From IMG/VR virus record IMGVR_UViG_3300009034_000001, positions 177,415 to 241,414 of that record: a stretch of DNA of 64,000 nt. One strand, given 5' to 3'. Both the position numbers and the translations under genes were made by a program. The notes below the pieces were generated by a model, which saw only the letters and a program-made list of their open reading frames with translations, was not told the origin of the DNA and did not search any database. Below are positions 1 through 11,597 of this stretch, one piece after another. Position 1 is the stretch's first letter, and every line of letters begins with the position of its first letter.

Positions 1-608
1 CTTATTTCCTCAATAACATTCCTAACTGGCCGAACTCTGCGAGTGCATCCAAAGAATTTTGTAACTGCACAAAAATCACAATTAAACGGGCAACCACGCG
101 CAGTTTCAATGGGATAACATATCTTCAATAACCGTTGTACTCGGTTGTCAAAGGAACTGAAATCTGATGGCGGAGTAATAGACAAATCACAAAACCTACT
201 ATGTCTGTACTTTTGGTTTAAATTAAAACTACTAAAGTCGTTTATTATTCGAGGTAATAGTATTTCAGCTTCGCCACATGCAACTGAGTCGACAAACTTT
301 GAGGCTTCATCAGAAAACATACTTGCATGCGGCCCACCATAGATAACAGTAGCCCCTTTTTCTTTAAAATAGCTTGAAAGTTCATATACTCGAGTACTTT
401 GGCAGGTCAAAGAAGTAAATATTACCAAGCGGTATTTTTTGTTAAAGTTGATATCTGAAAAACTTTCATCAACCGTGTCTACATTCCAGTCGTTAGGTAA
501 AAGTGCTTTCAATAAGCCAAGTGTCGTTGACAAAAGATAACTCCTTCTGGGTTTGATTATACGTTTACGATTGTCATATATGCCAGGTCGAACGCACAAA
601 ACCTTCAA
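1..608 (-). CDS. B12-binding domain radical SAM protein (3' end runs off the window)
   Basis: Manual translation from TTG 608 (GGAGG at 616-620): ...GATVIYGGPHASMF...VACGEAE...IETARGCPFNCDFC; cobalamin-binding GGxH motif plus CxxxCxxC. Absent from the ORF track because it has no stop in the window. Confidence 0.9.
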   Translation of the reverse strand, partial: MKVLCVRPGIYDNRKRIIKPRRSYLLSTTLGLLKALLPNDWNVDTVDESFSDINFNKKYRLVIFTSLTCQSTRVYELSSYFKEKGATVIYGGPHASMFSDEASKFVDSVACGEAEILLPRIINDFSSFNLNQKYRHSRFCDLSITPPSDFSSFDNRVQRLLKICYPIETARGCPFNCDFCAVTKFFGCTRRVRPVRNVIEEI

Positions 609-845
609 TACAATACCTCCAAGGTTGTAATTTTTACTCTTCTTCTGTTACGACGGTAACAGTTATATTATTGCCCAATTCCGTATCTTTCGGAACTGCA
701 AGACGAGTGTGTTTACACAAATTGTTTTTCTTATCGCCATTAATACTTACAGCGACAAAATTCTTTCTCTTCTTGGTTGTTTTTGAATATTTCATTTTTA
801 TTACCGTTTGAGCTCCCATGATCAAACCCTCCTTATTTGAAAAAA

Positions 846-1691
846 CTAATCTTCCTCTTCAGGTATCCATAACTTCCGCGTAAATGTAATATTCTGATTA
901 CATTTACTAATCCGGTTATTTACCAAACGGTCCATGTTGTTAATTGCCTGAGCAATTTTACTTTTAATCACCTCTACATCTTTAAGTTCCTTTGGTGAAA
1001 TTTCTACCTCAAACTTTCGAGACCTTGGCAACTCACCTACCAAGGTAATTCCTAAAATAGCATCACTGTATCTAGGCCGAGGGTAAGTTACCTCAATAGT
1101 ATAACTCTTCCAATAGTCAAAAAGTTCGGGCAACTTTTTGTCAGATTCAAATTTATAAATGACTTGTGGACACCATATTCGTGCGCCCGGCATAATGCCA
1201 TCAACAGCTTCCTCCAAATACTTCAACACAACCTGTAACTTGCTTTCACAAAACGCAGTCCTGTTCTTACTTACCTTTTCCCTTAGAGCCTCTGCGGCCT
1301 CTTGAAGTTCATATTCCTTGATGGAATTAGCCTTTGAGGCTGACAAAAGTGAGGAGAACGACTGTGTTGAAAACTCGGAAAACTCATAACAAAGAAATCG
1401 CCTTTCTATTTCCCTCCGTGCGTCATATCCCACATCAGTATACTTTGGACCAAGCGCTTCGGAAATAACTCGTTGAATACAATCTTGCCAGATTAGAAAT
1501 TTGCCATTGTTTAAACGTTCAACCAACAATCTAACCCAGCACGTCTTCGACTTAGATTGTGTATAGTAAGACAATCTACCATCAACGCGAAGATATTCAT
1601 CAACTGAACGATCGTGTCGTATCTGTAACCAGACTTCTAAATTTGGATAACCTTGAAGAACTTCTGACAGCCCTTGAATCAAGTCCATCAC
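846..1691 (-). CDS. Hypothetical protein (281 aa)
   Basis: Long ORF with RBS; no recognised motif. Confidence 0.7.
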   Translation of the reverse strand: MMDLIQGLSEVLQGYPNLEVWLQIRHDRSVDEYLRVDGRLSYYTQSKSKTCWVRLLVERLNNGKFLIWQDCIQRVISEALGPKYTDVGYDARREIERRFLCYEFSEFSTQSFSSLLSASKANSIKEYELQEAAEALREKVSKNRTAFCESKLQVVLKYLEEAVDGIMPGARIWCPQVIYKFESDKKLPELFDYWKSYTIEVTYPRPRYSDAILGITLVGELPRSRKFEVEISPKELKDVEVIKSKIAQAINNMDRLVNNRISKCNQNITFTRKLWIPEEED

Positions 1692-1699
1692 ATTCCTCC

Positions 1700-2287
1700 T
1701 TATACTTTATAAGTAGTTTGATTGAAAACATCTTTTATTTTTTTGAAATCACCTGGCCGGTCATCTAAATAGAAACTATTGTAAACCGTAAGTTCAATTT
1801 GTTTACCCAACTTGATTGGTTCACATTTGCCAAAAATTCTAATCATCCTCCGAATTCGATTTACAAGCGGCTTATGTTTCTGCGACCATGCAACTTCGAC
1901 CATATCTCTAGTTTGCCAAGGTGCAACTTCCAACTTGCCATATCCCAACGCACGATTCAACACTAAAGCAAAGGTTGTAACTCCAAACTTAAAGGAGTCT
2001 GGCAACCCTTTCCTCTTCCTCGTGCCGTCAATAATTTCAATCTTTCCGCCTTTTAACAGATGAATTACTGAACGATAAGACAACGAGTCTATCCTGAAGT
2101 AACCTTTCTTCTTCGAGTGTCCAAATTGTGATTGAAACATAGACACATCATCATAAGGCTCGAAGTATAAACCGTTTGTGCCGTTTGCAACGAGTAACGT
2201 GTCCACAATGTTAACCTCCTTATACTTACAAAGAAGTGTCGCCCCAATCAAAACAAGTAAAGGATGGAATATAACAGTTTCTACCAT
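1700..2287 (-). CDS. Hypothetical protein (195 aa)
   Basis: Long ORF in the gene chain; no recognised motif. Confidence 0.65.
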   Translation of the reverse strand: MVETVIFHPLLVLIGATLLCKYKEVNIVDTLLVANGTNGLYFEPYDDVSMFQSQFGHSKKKGYFRIDSLSYRSVIHLLKGGKIEIIDGTRKRKGLPDSFKFGVTTFALVLNRALGYGKLEVAPWQTRDMVEVAWSQKHKPLVNRIRRMIRIFGKCEPIKLGKQIELTVYNSFYLDDRPGDFKKIKDVFNQTTYKV

Positions 2288-2440
2288 AAATCAAAAAATC
2301 TTTTGCTTCCTTGAGATTATCAAAGATCATCGCAAATACATAATTCTTTGGACCAACGTTTGGATTCGTATTTCGATATACAATCCAAAAATCGCCTTCT
2401 TGGACCAATGTTGCGTATTTTATTTCGCGCATGACAACTA

Positions 2441-2836
2441 TCACCTCATGTCATATTCCTTTGCTAAATACGACTCCATATTTTCAACAGCGCGGCACAC
2501 ATCTTCCGCGGTATGAGTCCATGCCGGATTAACAGCCCGATCATCCAGATAGATATGGCACATAATTTTTGAACTAGAAGTATCCTCCTGAGGTTGATAT
2601 GGATTACAGTTGAAATGATCAATTGGAATTTTATTCGCTTTAATCCAAAGCTTTAATTTTGGAGTAATTATCCGAGTTGTGTCTAACACAATAATCCACC
2701 CTTTGGATTTCAACATCTTCAAGGCTTTAACTACCTTTTCTATTGGTTTCCCAATCTTACCAGCACTTCGGTAACCTCGTTTGTACTCTGCCAGAGTACC
2801 ATCCAAATCAACTCAACAATACTTCACGTTATACAT
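2441..2836 (-). CDS. HAD-superfamily phosphatase with in-frame TGA at codon 8 (Sec readthrough or nonsense lesion)
   Basis: GGAGG (2844-2848) then ATG 2836: MYNVKYC*VDLDGTLAEY...LDTTR...SKI..IYLDDRA; HAD motifs I-IV; TGA at 2813-2815. Confidence 0.8.
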
Positions 2837-5063
2837 TTTTGACCCTCCAAGGTTATTTCCGTTTCCACGGAAAGCCAGCATGGATAAAAGCTATCTCATA
2901 ATCTACATGACCAGAAACAAATTTACCTACAAAAAACCTTTCGGATTGATTTAAGTTTTTAACTGCCTTTTTGTATTCGTTTCTAAGAAGTTTATCTATC
3001 GGTTTTTCTAACTTCTGTGCTATATCTAATAGTTCTGCATAGGTCTTTGTTGTTTTACTCTTCATTTCTCAAACCTCCAAAGCGAGTGAAATTGTTATTA
3101 TAAGCGGTTCCGGATCCGCATGAGTATAGCCCTTCTTCGGGCGTTTTACTAAATAGTCACGACGGAAGTACGTTAATCTTATTAAACCTCCCTTAATTTC
3201 AACTTCATCAGGGATATCCAAATCGAAAGAAACAAGGCGACTCCTATCAGCATACTTCGCACGATATGTCAATTCCCTATACGATTCAGTACAGTCAAAT
3301 CTAACCTTTGACCCAAGTGCCCGGATCTCTTGTAGTCGAAGTCTACGTTTTTGTCCCTTGGTTGAAAAGATTACTTCCTTCCCAACAAAGGTCTGCAACT
3401 TTTGAAATACAGCATCATCAAACTCCGTTGCCCAAGCCATTATTCGACTCCTTATGTTCAAATTTTGTTGTTAAATCGGTTGAATTTCAACCGCTACGGG
3501 AGTTAAATGTTAATCAAAACAAAGTTTCATCTGTCAAAGTGACAATCCCGGAATTTCCGGAATTTCCGGAAATTAATAAACATCTACAATTTCGGGCTTT
3601 CCATTAAATTCAGTCCATTCTTTACAAGCTTGGTACACAGCCCTTGCAAATCCGGTCCAGTATGAAAACCTAGAATGTAAAAATGTTTCTTCTCCGGGTT
3701 TGAAATCTGATGCAACTTTGTGAATAAGGCTTAAAACTAACTGTTCAAACCCAACTTCAACCGCTGGAACTCCGTCGTAAAGTTTAGCTACGTTTAACAG
3801 GATAATTCGATGAAACCTTTCAACCTCTACCATTTCATCCGGTTCAACACGACAAAATTCGGGATGTAGCCTCAAATCCAAAAGGAAACGCTGAATTAAC
3901 ATATTGTGAAACTTTATGAAGTGGATTTTACCCTTGTGGGCCAAAGTCATCTTCACACCGGCTTTGGCACTGTTGACATCCTTTTCCTGTTTCATCGCGT
4001 TCTATACCCCCATATTTCATGTCGAGCAACTGTTTTTCAGACAAAGCCTCTTTCAATGATTGTTTATCCAGTTTCAAATTGAGATACAACTTTCCACCTT
4101 TCAAACTAGCACCCGACACATGTCCAATCTTATTAGAAAATTGCATCTCCAATGTCACCTCGGGACCATTTTTATTTAGTTTAGTCACAAGTTGATCCGC
4201 CGCCCTCTTAGAAAATCGCATCTTACTTAAATCCAAAATTACTGTGTAAACAGTCATTAATTTTTACCTCCTTACTAAAGCCATTCCAACGTCTGGATGA
4301 TATTCCCACAAATGTTTAACATGGTGTTGTAAGACTGAACGTTTAACATGGTAAATGTGTTTAGAACTCGGTTGAAACTTCAAAGGTGTTCCGCCAGATG
4401 GAGTACTTAAATTTACAGCCAGTACAACAAAAGTGTCATAGTTGCCAAGAATGTCGTAACTAAAATCGTCGGGTAAAGCAGTTTCTGTTGGCCACTTGCC
4501 CCACCGCAAGTAAACACCGGGCACTTCATCTCTAAATGCAATTGTCCGACCCTGTGAAAACATAAACGTCACCTCCTTATATCAAATGTTCTGGAGTTAA
4601 TTTACCTTCAATCAACATCCAAGAGAGGAACTGTTGAACTCGAAGTTTGTCAAAACCATACCTTTTTGTAAGTGTGAAATCAATTCTGTCAATATGGACT
4701 TTCTTAAATCCACTCTGTTCATCAAATATTTCCTCAAAAGACATTCCCTCGCCCTTCAACTTTACGTCAAATTTGTCAAGAAACTTCATAGCTAAGTCAA
4801 TAATTGCACCCTTGATTATCTCCTCCGACTTCCTTCCGAGTTCCGAATACAATGTCATAATCCTATCAACTAACTCTGAATGATCGAATTCATGCAAGTA
4901 TTCCACAACTATTCTGTCAGGATCAAAATTAGGTTTCCAACCGCGATCAAGGGCTTTGTCTATTACTACATCTCCAAGTGCACGTAACCTTTTAATTAAA
5001 AACGTCTTCCTCATTTTCATGTCGCTCTCCTCGACTCAATCTGATAATTGGAATCCAAAAAAT

Positions 5064-5474
5064 CTAGTCTGGAAGAACTTTCATCTCCGTAAAGACAGAA
5101 CAACGAGCAAATTCTGTGCCACCGTTAACTACAGTTGCAATGTCTTGTATACCTGTTGCAACAATATCTCTCACTTCAACCCTTCTTACAGCTAATTTTG
5201 TGAGGTCATCTGTCCAAATCTCAGCATGTAACTTTTTGTGGAAGCCATGGAAGCCGTACGGGTACGTTTCGGAAGTACCATCAGTGTGGATAACTCCTCG
5301 TTTTCGAGATTCTCGACACCTGTAGTCCATTTCCGATACCCACTTCCCAACCGGAACAATCTTGTTAGTATTTCCTTGACAATCAAGAAATAAATTACCT
5401 CGAGTGGTTAACCTAAAGACCTTCCAACAATACTTCCTTCTGGCCTTTCTTATTACTAGTTTATGTAAACACAT
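5064..5474 (-). CDS. Family B paralog 1 (MCL...KVF...GFHxF)
   Basis: Shares MCL start, YxxKVF, W.SE.DYR, GFHGFH and VEVRxIVAxGxQ with five other ORFs. Confidence 0.8.
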   Translation of the reverse strand: MCLHKLVIRKARRKYCWKVFRLTTRGNLFLDCQGNTNKIVPVGKWVSEMDYRCRESRKRGVIHTDGTSETYPYGFHGFHKKLHAEIWTDDLTKLAVRRVEVRDIVATGIQDIATVVNGGTEFARCSVFTEMKVLPD

Positions 5475-5511
5475 AACTACCTCCTACTAGTCAAACTTAC
5501 AACTAAGGTTA

Positions 5512-5787
5512 TTAAAAATTCATTGCACGATATTCATTTAATTGTGCGCCCATACCCAACGCAAAATTATAAACTTCAACTACGCGTTGCATATTCTTGC
5601 AATGAAACTCTTCAAAAGTTTTATGCACATCTTGGTCAGAACTTACATAAACAGGGTAGTCTTCCATACTAAACTCGTCGCATACGACAATCATATGTGT
5701 AGCGCCAGACTTCTTCCCGGCTTTAAACCAGGTGATAATGTCTTCTCTCGTAGCTATATCCATACTATACCCCCATTTACCAATCAA
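5512..5787 (-). CDS. Conserved phage hypothetical protein (GATHMIVVCD...DYPVYV...MQRVVEVY)
   Basis: Motif recalled from other phage hypothetical proteins; RBS present. Confidence 0.6.
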   Translation of the reverse strand: MIGKWGYSMDIATREDIITWFKAGKKSGATHMIVVCDEFSMEDYPVYVSSDQDVHKTFEEFHCKNMQRVVEVYNFALGMGAQLNEYRAMNF

Positions 5788-7377
5788 GATCGAATCTTAA
5801 AGACTGGGCCCAATCTAGTCCCCGAACGTAATAGAAGGGATTACCAAAAACAGTTCCAAACACATTCTTTAATGCATCTCGTAAGAGTGACTCATCAGTT
5901 CCAGGGAAATCTCGTTTGAGCTTTTCTAAGATAGAATCCATTTTTGAAGACAATCGAACTTTATGATTCTCAATCAAATTGGTAACATCTTCAGACAAGG
6001 TATCCAAAAAGTTGCCTACTTCTTCAATCAGATCATCTTCCATATCACATAGGTTCATGTTAGTCACCTCCTTGACGTTCTGTCTTTCAGTTTACCTTTA
6101 GTGCCAATTTCCTTAATGGAACTAACTAATATGTGATAGTTATTTTCTATTCTTGATCCAAAGACTCTAACAAAGTCAGTAGGATCAACTTCATCCACCA
6201 ATGTGCCATGTTCTTCCAAATCTCCTGGTACCAATCCAGCCTCGCCACACGGAATGCACTCAAATGTTAAAAGAGTCCGGCCACCTCGTTTCGTATTTCC
6301 CGGCCCTTGTCGGTAATAGTTAACATTAAAAGGAGTACTAACAGTATGAATAGCTTCGTTGTCAAAAATTACAAATTGATCGCCACATTTAATCAATGCA
6401 AGCTTTTCTGGATTTGGCTTTAGTGTATCATATTCGGTTCCGGATAGGTATTTCCTTCCAGTTTCATCATCAAGAGTAAATGAAGGAATTTTATATACTT
6501 TAGCTTTTATTAAAGTCACACTACCACCTCCTAATCGTCTTCCTCGTCTTTTTCTACTTCTTCAAAGGTTACAGAAGAATGTTCGGAAACATTAATCCCG
6601 CGTTTTTCCAATTCGCGAATAGCACTTTCGAAGAATAACAAATCGCCTGATGCATAACAATCTGAGTTGTGTATCGAGTCGTTAAGTTCGACTACCATCT
6701 CCTTCAATCTTTCGGTTTCAAATTCAGAAACATGCATTTGCCACCTCCTCATATACCATTTATCCAGCATAAAAACCTTCTCCAAAGTCGAGCCCATCTG
6801 CCAGTAATAGGAATGTAATACATACAAGTCCCATGACAATTCCAAGTTCTATAATCTCTGGTTTCCCATTCACTTGTAAAAGCATTCCTCAAGGCATTGA
6901 ACCGACACCTTTCTTTTGGTTTAAACCTAGGCTCAAAATCAACACATTTAATACAAAAAGACTTTTTTTCCGGGATGTTAAAAGCTTTGTTTACATCCCA
7001 TAGGTTTAAGCCCATCACAGAACCTCCATTTATGTCGATCTTCTTCTGGAAACAATGTCAATGTGTTGCTAAGAAAATGCCAAAAGCTATTCCTAGAATA
7101 AGTCCAAGAATGAATCCATTTCCTGGAACAAGCACGAAATTAGCAACCCGTGTGCAAAATGAGATCTTTTCTTCGTAGAAGCGACATTTGCCATCTCTAT
7201 TTTCCTCTGAAGGATTGATTCTTTTCCTTTCGCCTGGATAAGGATTCATTATTTTATAAAGTCTGCAGGTTTCCCAGAAGATCTCCAATGTCTACAGTTT
7301 TTACAATATACCTTATTTTCAGTTCCTTTTTTTGGCATCATCATCCTCTCCTTAGACATAGTCATGTACTAATATTT

Positions 7378-7764
7378 TCACTCATTAGTTACCTTTGGCA
7401 AAATCCGAATCTTTTTACAAACGAACACGGACAGGTTATTTGACCTATCAACATACTGCAAACCAAAAGCAACCGCCTTACTTATCTCGACTTTACGAAC
7501 TACCAAACGTCCAAACATTCGCATTCGGTGTTTCCATTTTAAAGCATCTTTCTTGGTATAAAAACAATGCCAACCATTCTCATATGTGCCCTGTTCATAT
7601 CCCAAACTAATACGCTTAGGGCCCTTAGCATTCAGCCAAACGTCTACTGGACGAACGGTGCCACAGCCAAAGTACTCCGACTTCAACTTATCTGCCATTA
7701 CAAAGAAAACTTTATAGCCATACCTCGGTTGATATTCGCTTTTCCTAAGATAATCCAAACACAT
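7378..7764 (-). CDS. Family B paralog 2
   Basis: MCL...YGYKVF...RP..VWL...GWHCF...KVEI...VFVCK. Confidence 0.8.
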   Translation of the reverse strand: MCLDYLRKSEYQPRYGYKVFFVMADKLKSEYFGCGTVRPVDVWLNAKGPKRISLGYEQGTYENGWHCFYTKKDALKWKHRMRMFGRLVVRKVEISKAVAFGLQYVDRSNNLSVFVCKKIRILPKVTNE

Positions 7765-9366
7765 TATACCACCCCCGCATCAGATTTTGAAGTAACAATG
7801 CCATCTCTAAGTAACTCTTTGAGTATCAAAGGGTCAAAGATACAGTGTATAACGCCTTCTAAGTCTGAACAAGTACGAATCCTAACATCACAAAGTTCTA
7901 ATTGATAGGAATAGACTAACTTTACAAATTCTCTGGTGTTTTTAACAAAAAACCCTTTGTCGTATGCTATATCAATCAGTTTGTGAATTACATCTTCGGG
8001 TATTACGTGTTTAATCCGCAAGCACATTTCCATATAATTTAACTCCTCCTAACACCTTGTTTTGTTGACCCTAGTTGATAACCACCACATTCGTTTTGGT
8101 TTTTGAGTTGTTTCCACCACCAATTCTTCACCTGCCGTAACGTACCACGGAAGAAAACTGTTCCATCTACACAATCACATACAATATACCTTCTTACTCT
8201 TTTCATATTCCAAATTTCCTTTCAAAATATGAGGCTGTAGACTGCGGTCTCCCTGTCCCATTTAACTTTCGACAGGACGTTTATGAATTATTGAAGTTAC
8301 CTCTCTCGGTAGAGGCTTTCCGAGTACTTCAACAACCAAGTGTGTCCTACGGGCTACGAAAGCACCTCTTCACAATAAAATCAATTACAATGTTAGCGTC
8401 GTCTTACCTAAAGCTTCTTTCACATCACTCAATAACGAACGAACGCATTTCGAGAAAGTTTGCGCACGACCATAAATTTCGGGATCAATTGATTTATGAT
8501 GTGCATGGAGACAATTTGGGCCTGCAACCTTTCTAGTTGCCTCATAAGCCTGATTTATGACTTCGGTAAGGTTATTTGCCCTCTTTTCATATTCGTCGAC
8601 CGAAGGTAAATATTCTAATATGTTCCCACACTCTAGCCACAACTGGGTTAGATATGTACGTGGACACATCCTTAATGTTGCAATTGACTCTTTGTGAATC
8701 CGCTCCATTTCCTTCTGAAACCCATCTGGCTCATCGTAGACAATCATCGTACTACGTTCCGTTTTCAATATAGAATACTTCTTGTCCGGAATATGCTTAC
8801 GCGATATAACAGGTAAACCTTCAAACTCAGTAATTTGGTCAGATCGCAATGTAGAGTCCATAATACCACCTCCTAATGTATTTTTTACTTCCATGGACAA
8901 TATCTTGTACGGTAGTCTTCTAAAACTGGGCCCCCACAACCGTAGGCATAATCATGCAATAGCCACGGGGCAAAACGAAGTAAGTACTCACTCATAGGCA
9001 TCTCTTGTAAACCGTAACCATAGTAAAGTTCATTTTTCAGCTCTGATTGAAAACGAAATTCAAATTCACCTATACATTTCTCATTGTTATTAAAGTACTT
9101 TCTTATCATCCCGCCGTCATTGTGCCAATACTCTTTAAAATAAATCTTAGTTTCACTTGCATCTTCCTTAATTGAAGGAATCCAACCTTCTACAACAAGA
9201 CAATTTCCAAGATCCGTAACCTTTTCAATAATAGCAAGATTTGGATCGACGGTTAGATCACTAGCAAGCAGATTTACGGCGATAAATGTCAAAAAAATCC
9301 ATAGGATTAATATGATCCATGACATTTTTTTACGCCTATCACACATAGACTAACCCCCCCAGAAGA

Positions 9367-9645
9367 TTATCGCGGTTCGGTTGAGGCTTGATCAGCAAAG
9401 TTCATGATTACCTCATCCCATATCTCGGCTAACCAACAGGCCTCCGTATATGAAATTCGGCCAACTTTACCTTCCCTAAGTTCATCTTGCTTATTCCGAT
9501 AAAACCGCGGGCCAAGTTGTAATTTACGTTTACCATTGCCATACGATCGAATAGAAACTCCTAAAATCGGATCTCGGCCTTCAAACCCGGCGCCTTTCAA
9601 CGTCCAAACTTTATGAACTTTATCTTTACTAGGTTCATAAGGCAT
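9367..9645 (-). CDS. PC4/YdbC-like small nucleic-acid-binding protein (paralog of 50313-50570)
   Basis: VSIRSYGNGKRKLQLGPRFY...EGKVGRISYTE; PC4-like beta-strand and helix pattern. Confidence 0.5.
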   Translation of the reverse strand: MPYEPSKDKVHKVWTLKGAGFEGRDPILGVSIRSYGNGKRKLQLGPRFYRNKQDELREGKVGRISYTEACWLAEIWDEVIMNFADQASTEPR

Positions 9646-9659
9646 ACCTATGCCACCTC

Positions 9660-10133
9660 CTAATCATATTCTTTCTTTAATACAGCCTCAACTTCAAGCA
9701 TGAAAGTCTCATTGATGTTGTAGTACTTTGTATCAAAAAGATCCAAACCATCAAGATACGAATCGTCATAACACTCCTGATCGGTATCATAACGTTGAAA
9801 TCGACTTGCTTTTTTGTGCTCCTTAAGGATATCTTCAACCCCTTCTAATATCTGAAGTACATCATTGAAGGTTGTTGTTTTACCGTCATAATTTGTTAAA
9901 AACAACTTTATATCATCCAACGCAATACTGTAACCATTATCAAACCACTGCGCGAAACCGCCATTCTCAACCTGATAGTTTAAATTTCCCAAGATTACAG
10001 CATTGTAATGTGCTGGGCTAAACTTTTCGTGTATCTCATCAAGGAATTGACTATAAGAGCAACGACCCTTTTTAGATTTCCAAAAGTCATAGGCCTCATC
10101 CATCAGTTTTTGATGTATATCGCACTTTTCCAT
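9660..10133 (-). CDS. DMP19/DUF4375-family protein (DNA-mimic-like)
   Basis: QVENGGFAQWFDN signature; acidic C-terminus ending LD.FD.KYY. Confidence 0.75.
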   Translation of the reverse strand: MEKCDIHQKLMDEAYDFWKSKKGRCSYSQFLDEIHEKFSPAHYNAVILGNLNYQVENGGFAQWFDNGYSIALDDIKLFLTNYDGKTTTFNDVLQILEGVEDILKEHKKASRFQRYDTDQECYDDSYLDGLDLFDTKYYNINETFMLEVEAVLKKEYD

Positions 10134-10555
10134 TAATGGATCCTCCTTTCTTTCTTCTTTTGTTCCTCCGGAGGTAATACTCTCATCTCTTTAAACACAG
10201 AAACAGGCACACGACGACGACCGAACATTTCTTGATGTCCGGTTGCCACAATTCGTCTTACCTCCACCAGGCATACAATCTGACCATACCCTTTCCAATC
10301 TTCTGCATCTGACTTAAGGTGGAAACCGTGGAAACCTGTTTTATACAGCTTTTCAGACCGAAGTGAATATATGAAATTATGTTTTCGATTTTTATAGCCT
10401 CTACGATCTTTCTCGTTAATCCAGACACCATACGGAATGGCTCGTTTCCTCACGCCCTTACAATCTGATAACAATCTATTTCTCAATCCCAAAGTGAAAA
10501 CTTTCCAGAAGTATCGTTTCCTTACACGTTTCTTTACAACAATGTCTAAACACAT
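10133..10555 (-). CDS. Family B paralog 3
   Basis: MCL...YFWKVF...WINEKDRR...GFHGFH...VEVRRIVATGHQ. Confidence 0.8.
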   Translation of the reverse strand: MCLDIVVKKRVRKRYFWKVFTLGLRNRLLSDCKGVRKRAIPYGVWINEKDRRGYKNRKHNFIYSLRSEKLYKTGFHGFHLKSDAEDWKGYGQIVCLVEVRRIVATGHQEMFGRRRVPVSVFKEMRVLPPEEQKKKERRIH

Positions 10556-10630
10556 GTGGTTACACCTCTCGGCGCAATGTGATTAAATAAGTCACAAGGC
10601 CGGTAAAATAAATGAAAATTTATTTGATAT

Positions 10631-10684
10631 AATATACATATGTTCCATTTTCGACCTCAAGGCGGACCAAAGAATAATTTTGTA
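10631..10684 (-). promoter_or_regulatory. Repeated early promoter, copy 1
   Basis: AT-rich UP element, GGTCC-N3-TTGAGG-N18-TATATT. Confidence 0.8.
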
Positions 10685-11213
10685 TCTTTCGGGGAGTCAA
10701 CTATGTGACCGTCTTTTTTAATTGTCTTCCAATTCTAGCAAGTTCTGTCGCACGATCAAGTCCCTCTTCAAATTCGTCATCAACGACCCACTCATCAGCA
10801 GAGTGTTCCAGTTCAGTATGTAGTACATCACTTATCAAATCCACAATGTAGTCAATTTTATGTGACTGACTAAGTTTATCCCAACCTTTTGGAAATATAG
10901 CCATTACAATTCACCTCCTCACACTATTAGGCCCAAACGAATAGTTTGGTCCGACAATCGATGAAGTACTTGGTTCTATTCTTAGACAATCAAGCCGGCA
11001 ACCCTTCTAAACTTATTTCTTATCGCATCGAAGGTTCTGTCCTTTAAACTATCCAACTTGCATAAATGTTTTACACATCTATGCTGAGTCCAACCATAAT
11101 ACATGTATTTAACATACACGCCTTCAACTAAGTTGGTTTCCCTTCGTGTCCAAGTGTTATTATCTTTTCTTTTCAATTTACCTCACCTCCTTTCTAATCA
11201 AGTTTATTACGTA

Positions 11214-11597
11214 CTACTCTTCCTGTGAATATAAAAAGTGTTCAACACCTGAGGTAATAGTTTGCGTTATCATATCCTTTGTGCCTTTAGATTCGCTATA
11301 GTGATTATGGAACGCAAGTACCAAGTTAGGCTTTCCCTCAACAAGCATTCGCCTGTTACGTATTGGCCCAGCTCCTCTTCCGTACTTCTTCCAATCTGCA
11401 TCAAACTGGAGACAAAGAATACCAAGTTCATCAGCAACTTCCTTCGCAAAGAGGTCAGCACCTCTGAACACCTTACCATTTTTATCTTTCTTTCCGCAAC
11501 CGCCTTGAATGATAACAGTTGGATTATACTCGGAAACCACTTCTTTAATAGTTTTCTTGTCAGTCCAATTTCGATCGCCACATACAAGTATTCGCAT
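11214..11597 (-). CDS. YspA/DUF2493-type SLOG-family protein
   Basis: ILVCGDRNW...IIQGG...GAD..A...ADWKKYGRGAGPIRNRRML...VLAF...SKGT. Confidence 0.85.
   Translation of the reverse strand: MRILVCGDRNWTDKKTIKEVVSEYNPTVIIQGGCGKKDKNGKVFRGADLFAKEVADELGILCLQFDADWKKYGRGAGPIRNRRMLVEGKPNLVLAFHNHYSESKGTKDMITQTITSGVEHFLYSQEE

Noticed and set aside
8215-8290. c-di-GMP-I riboswitch-like GAAA...GGGAC pattern
   Set aside because: The key GCAAA and P1 elements do not match; kept only as a weak structured-RNA candidate.
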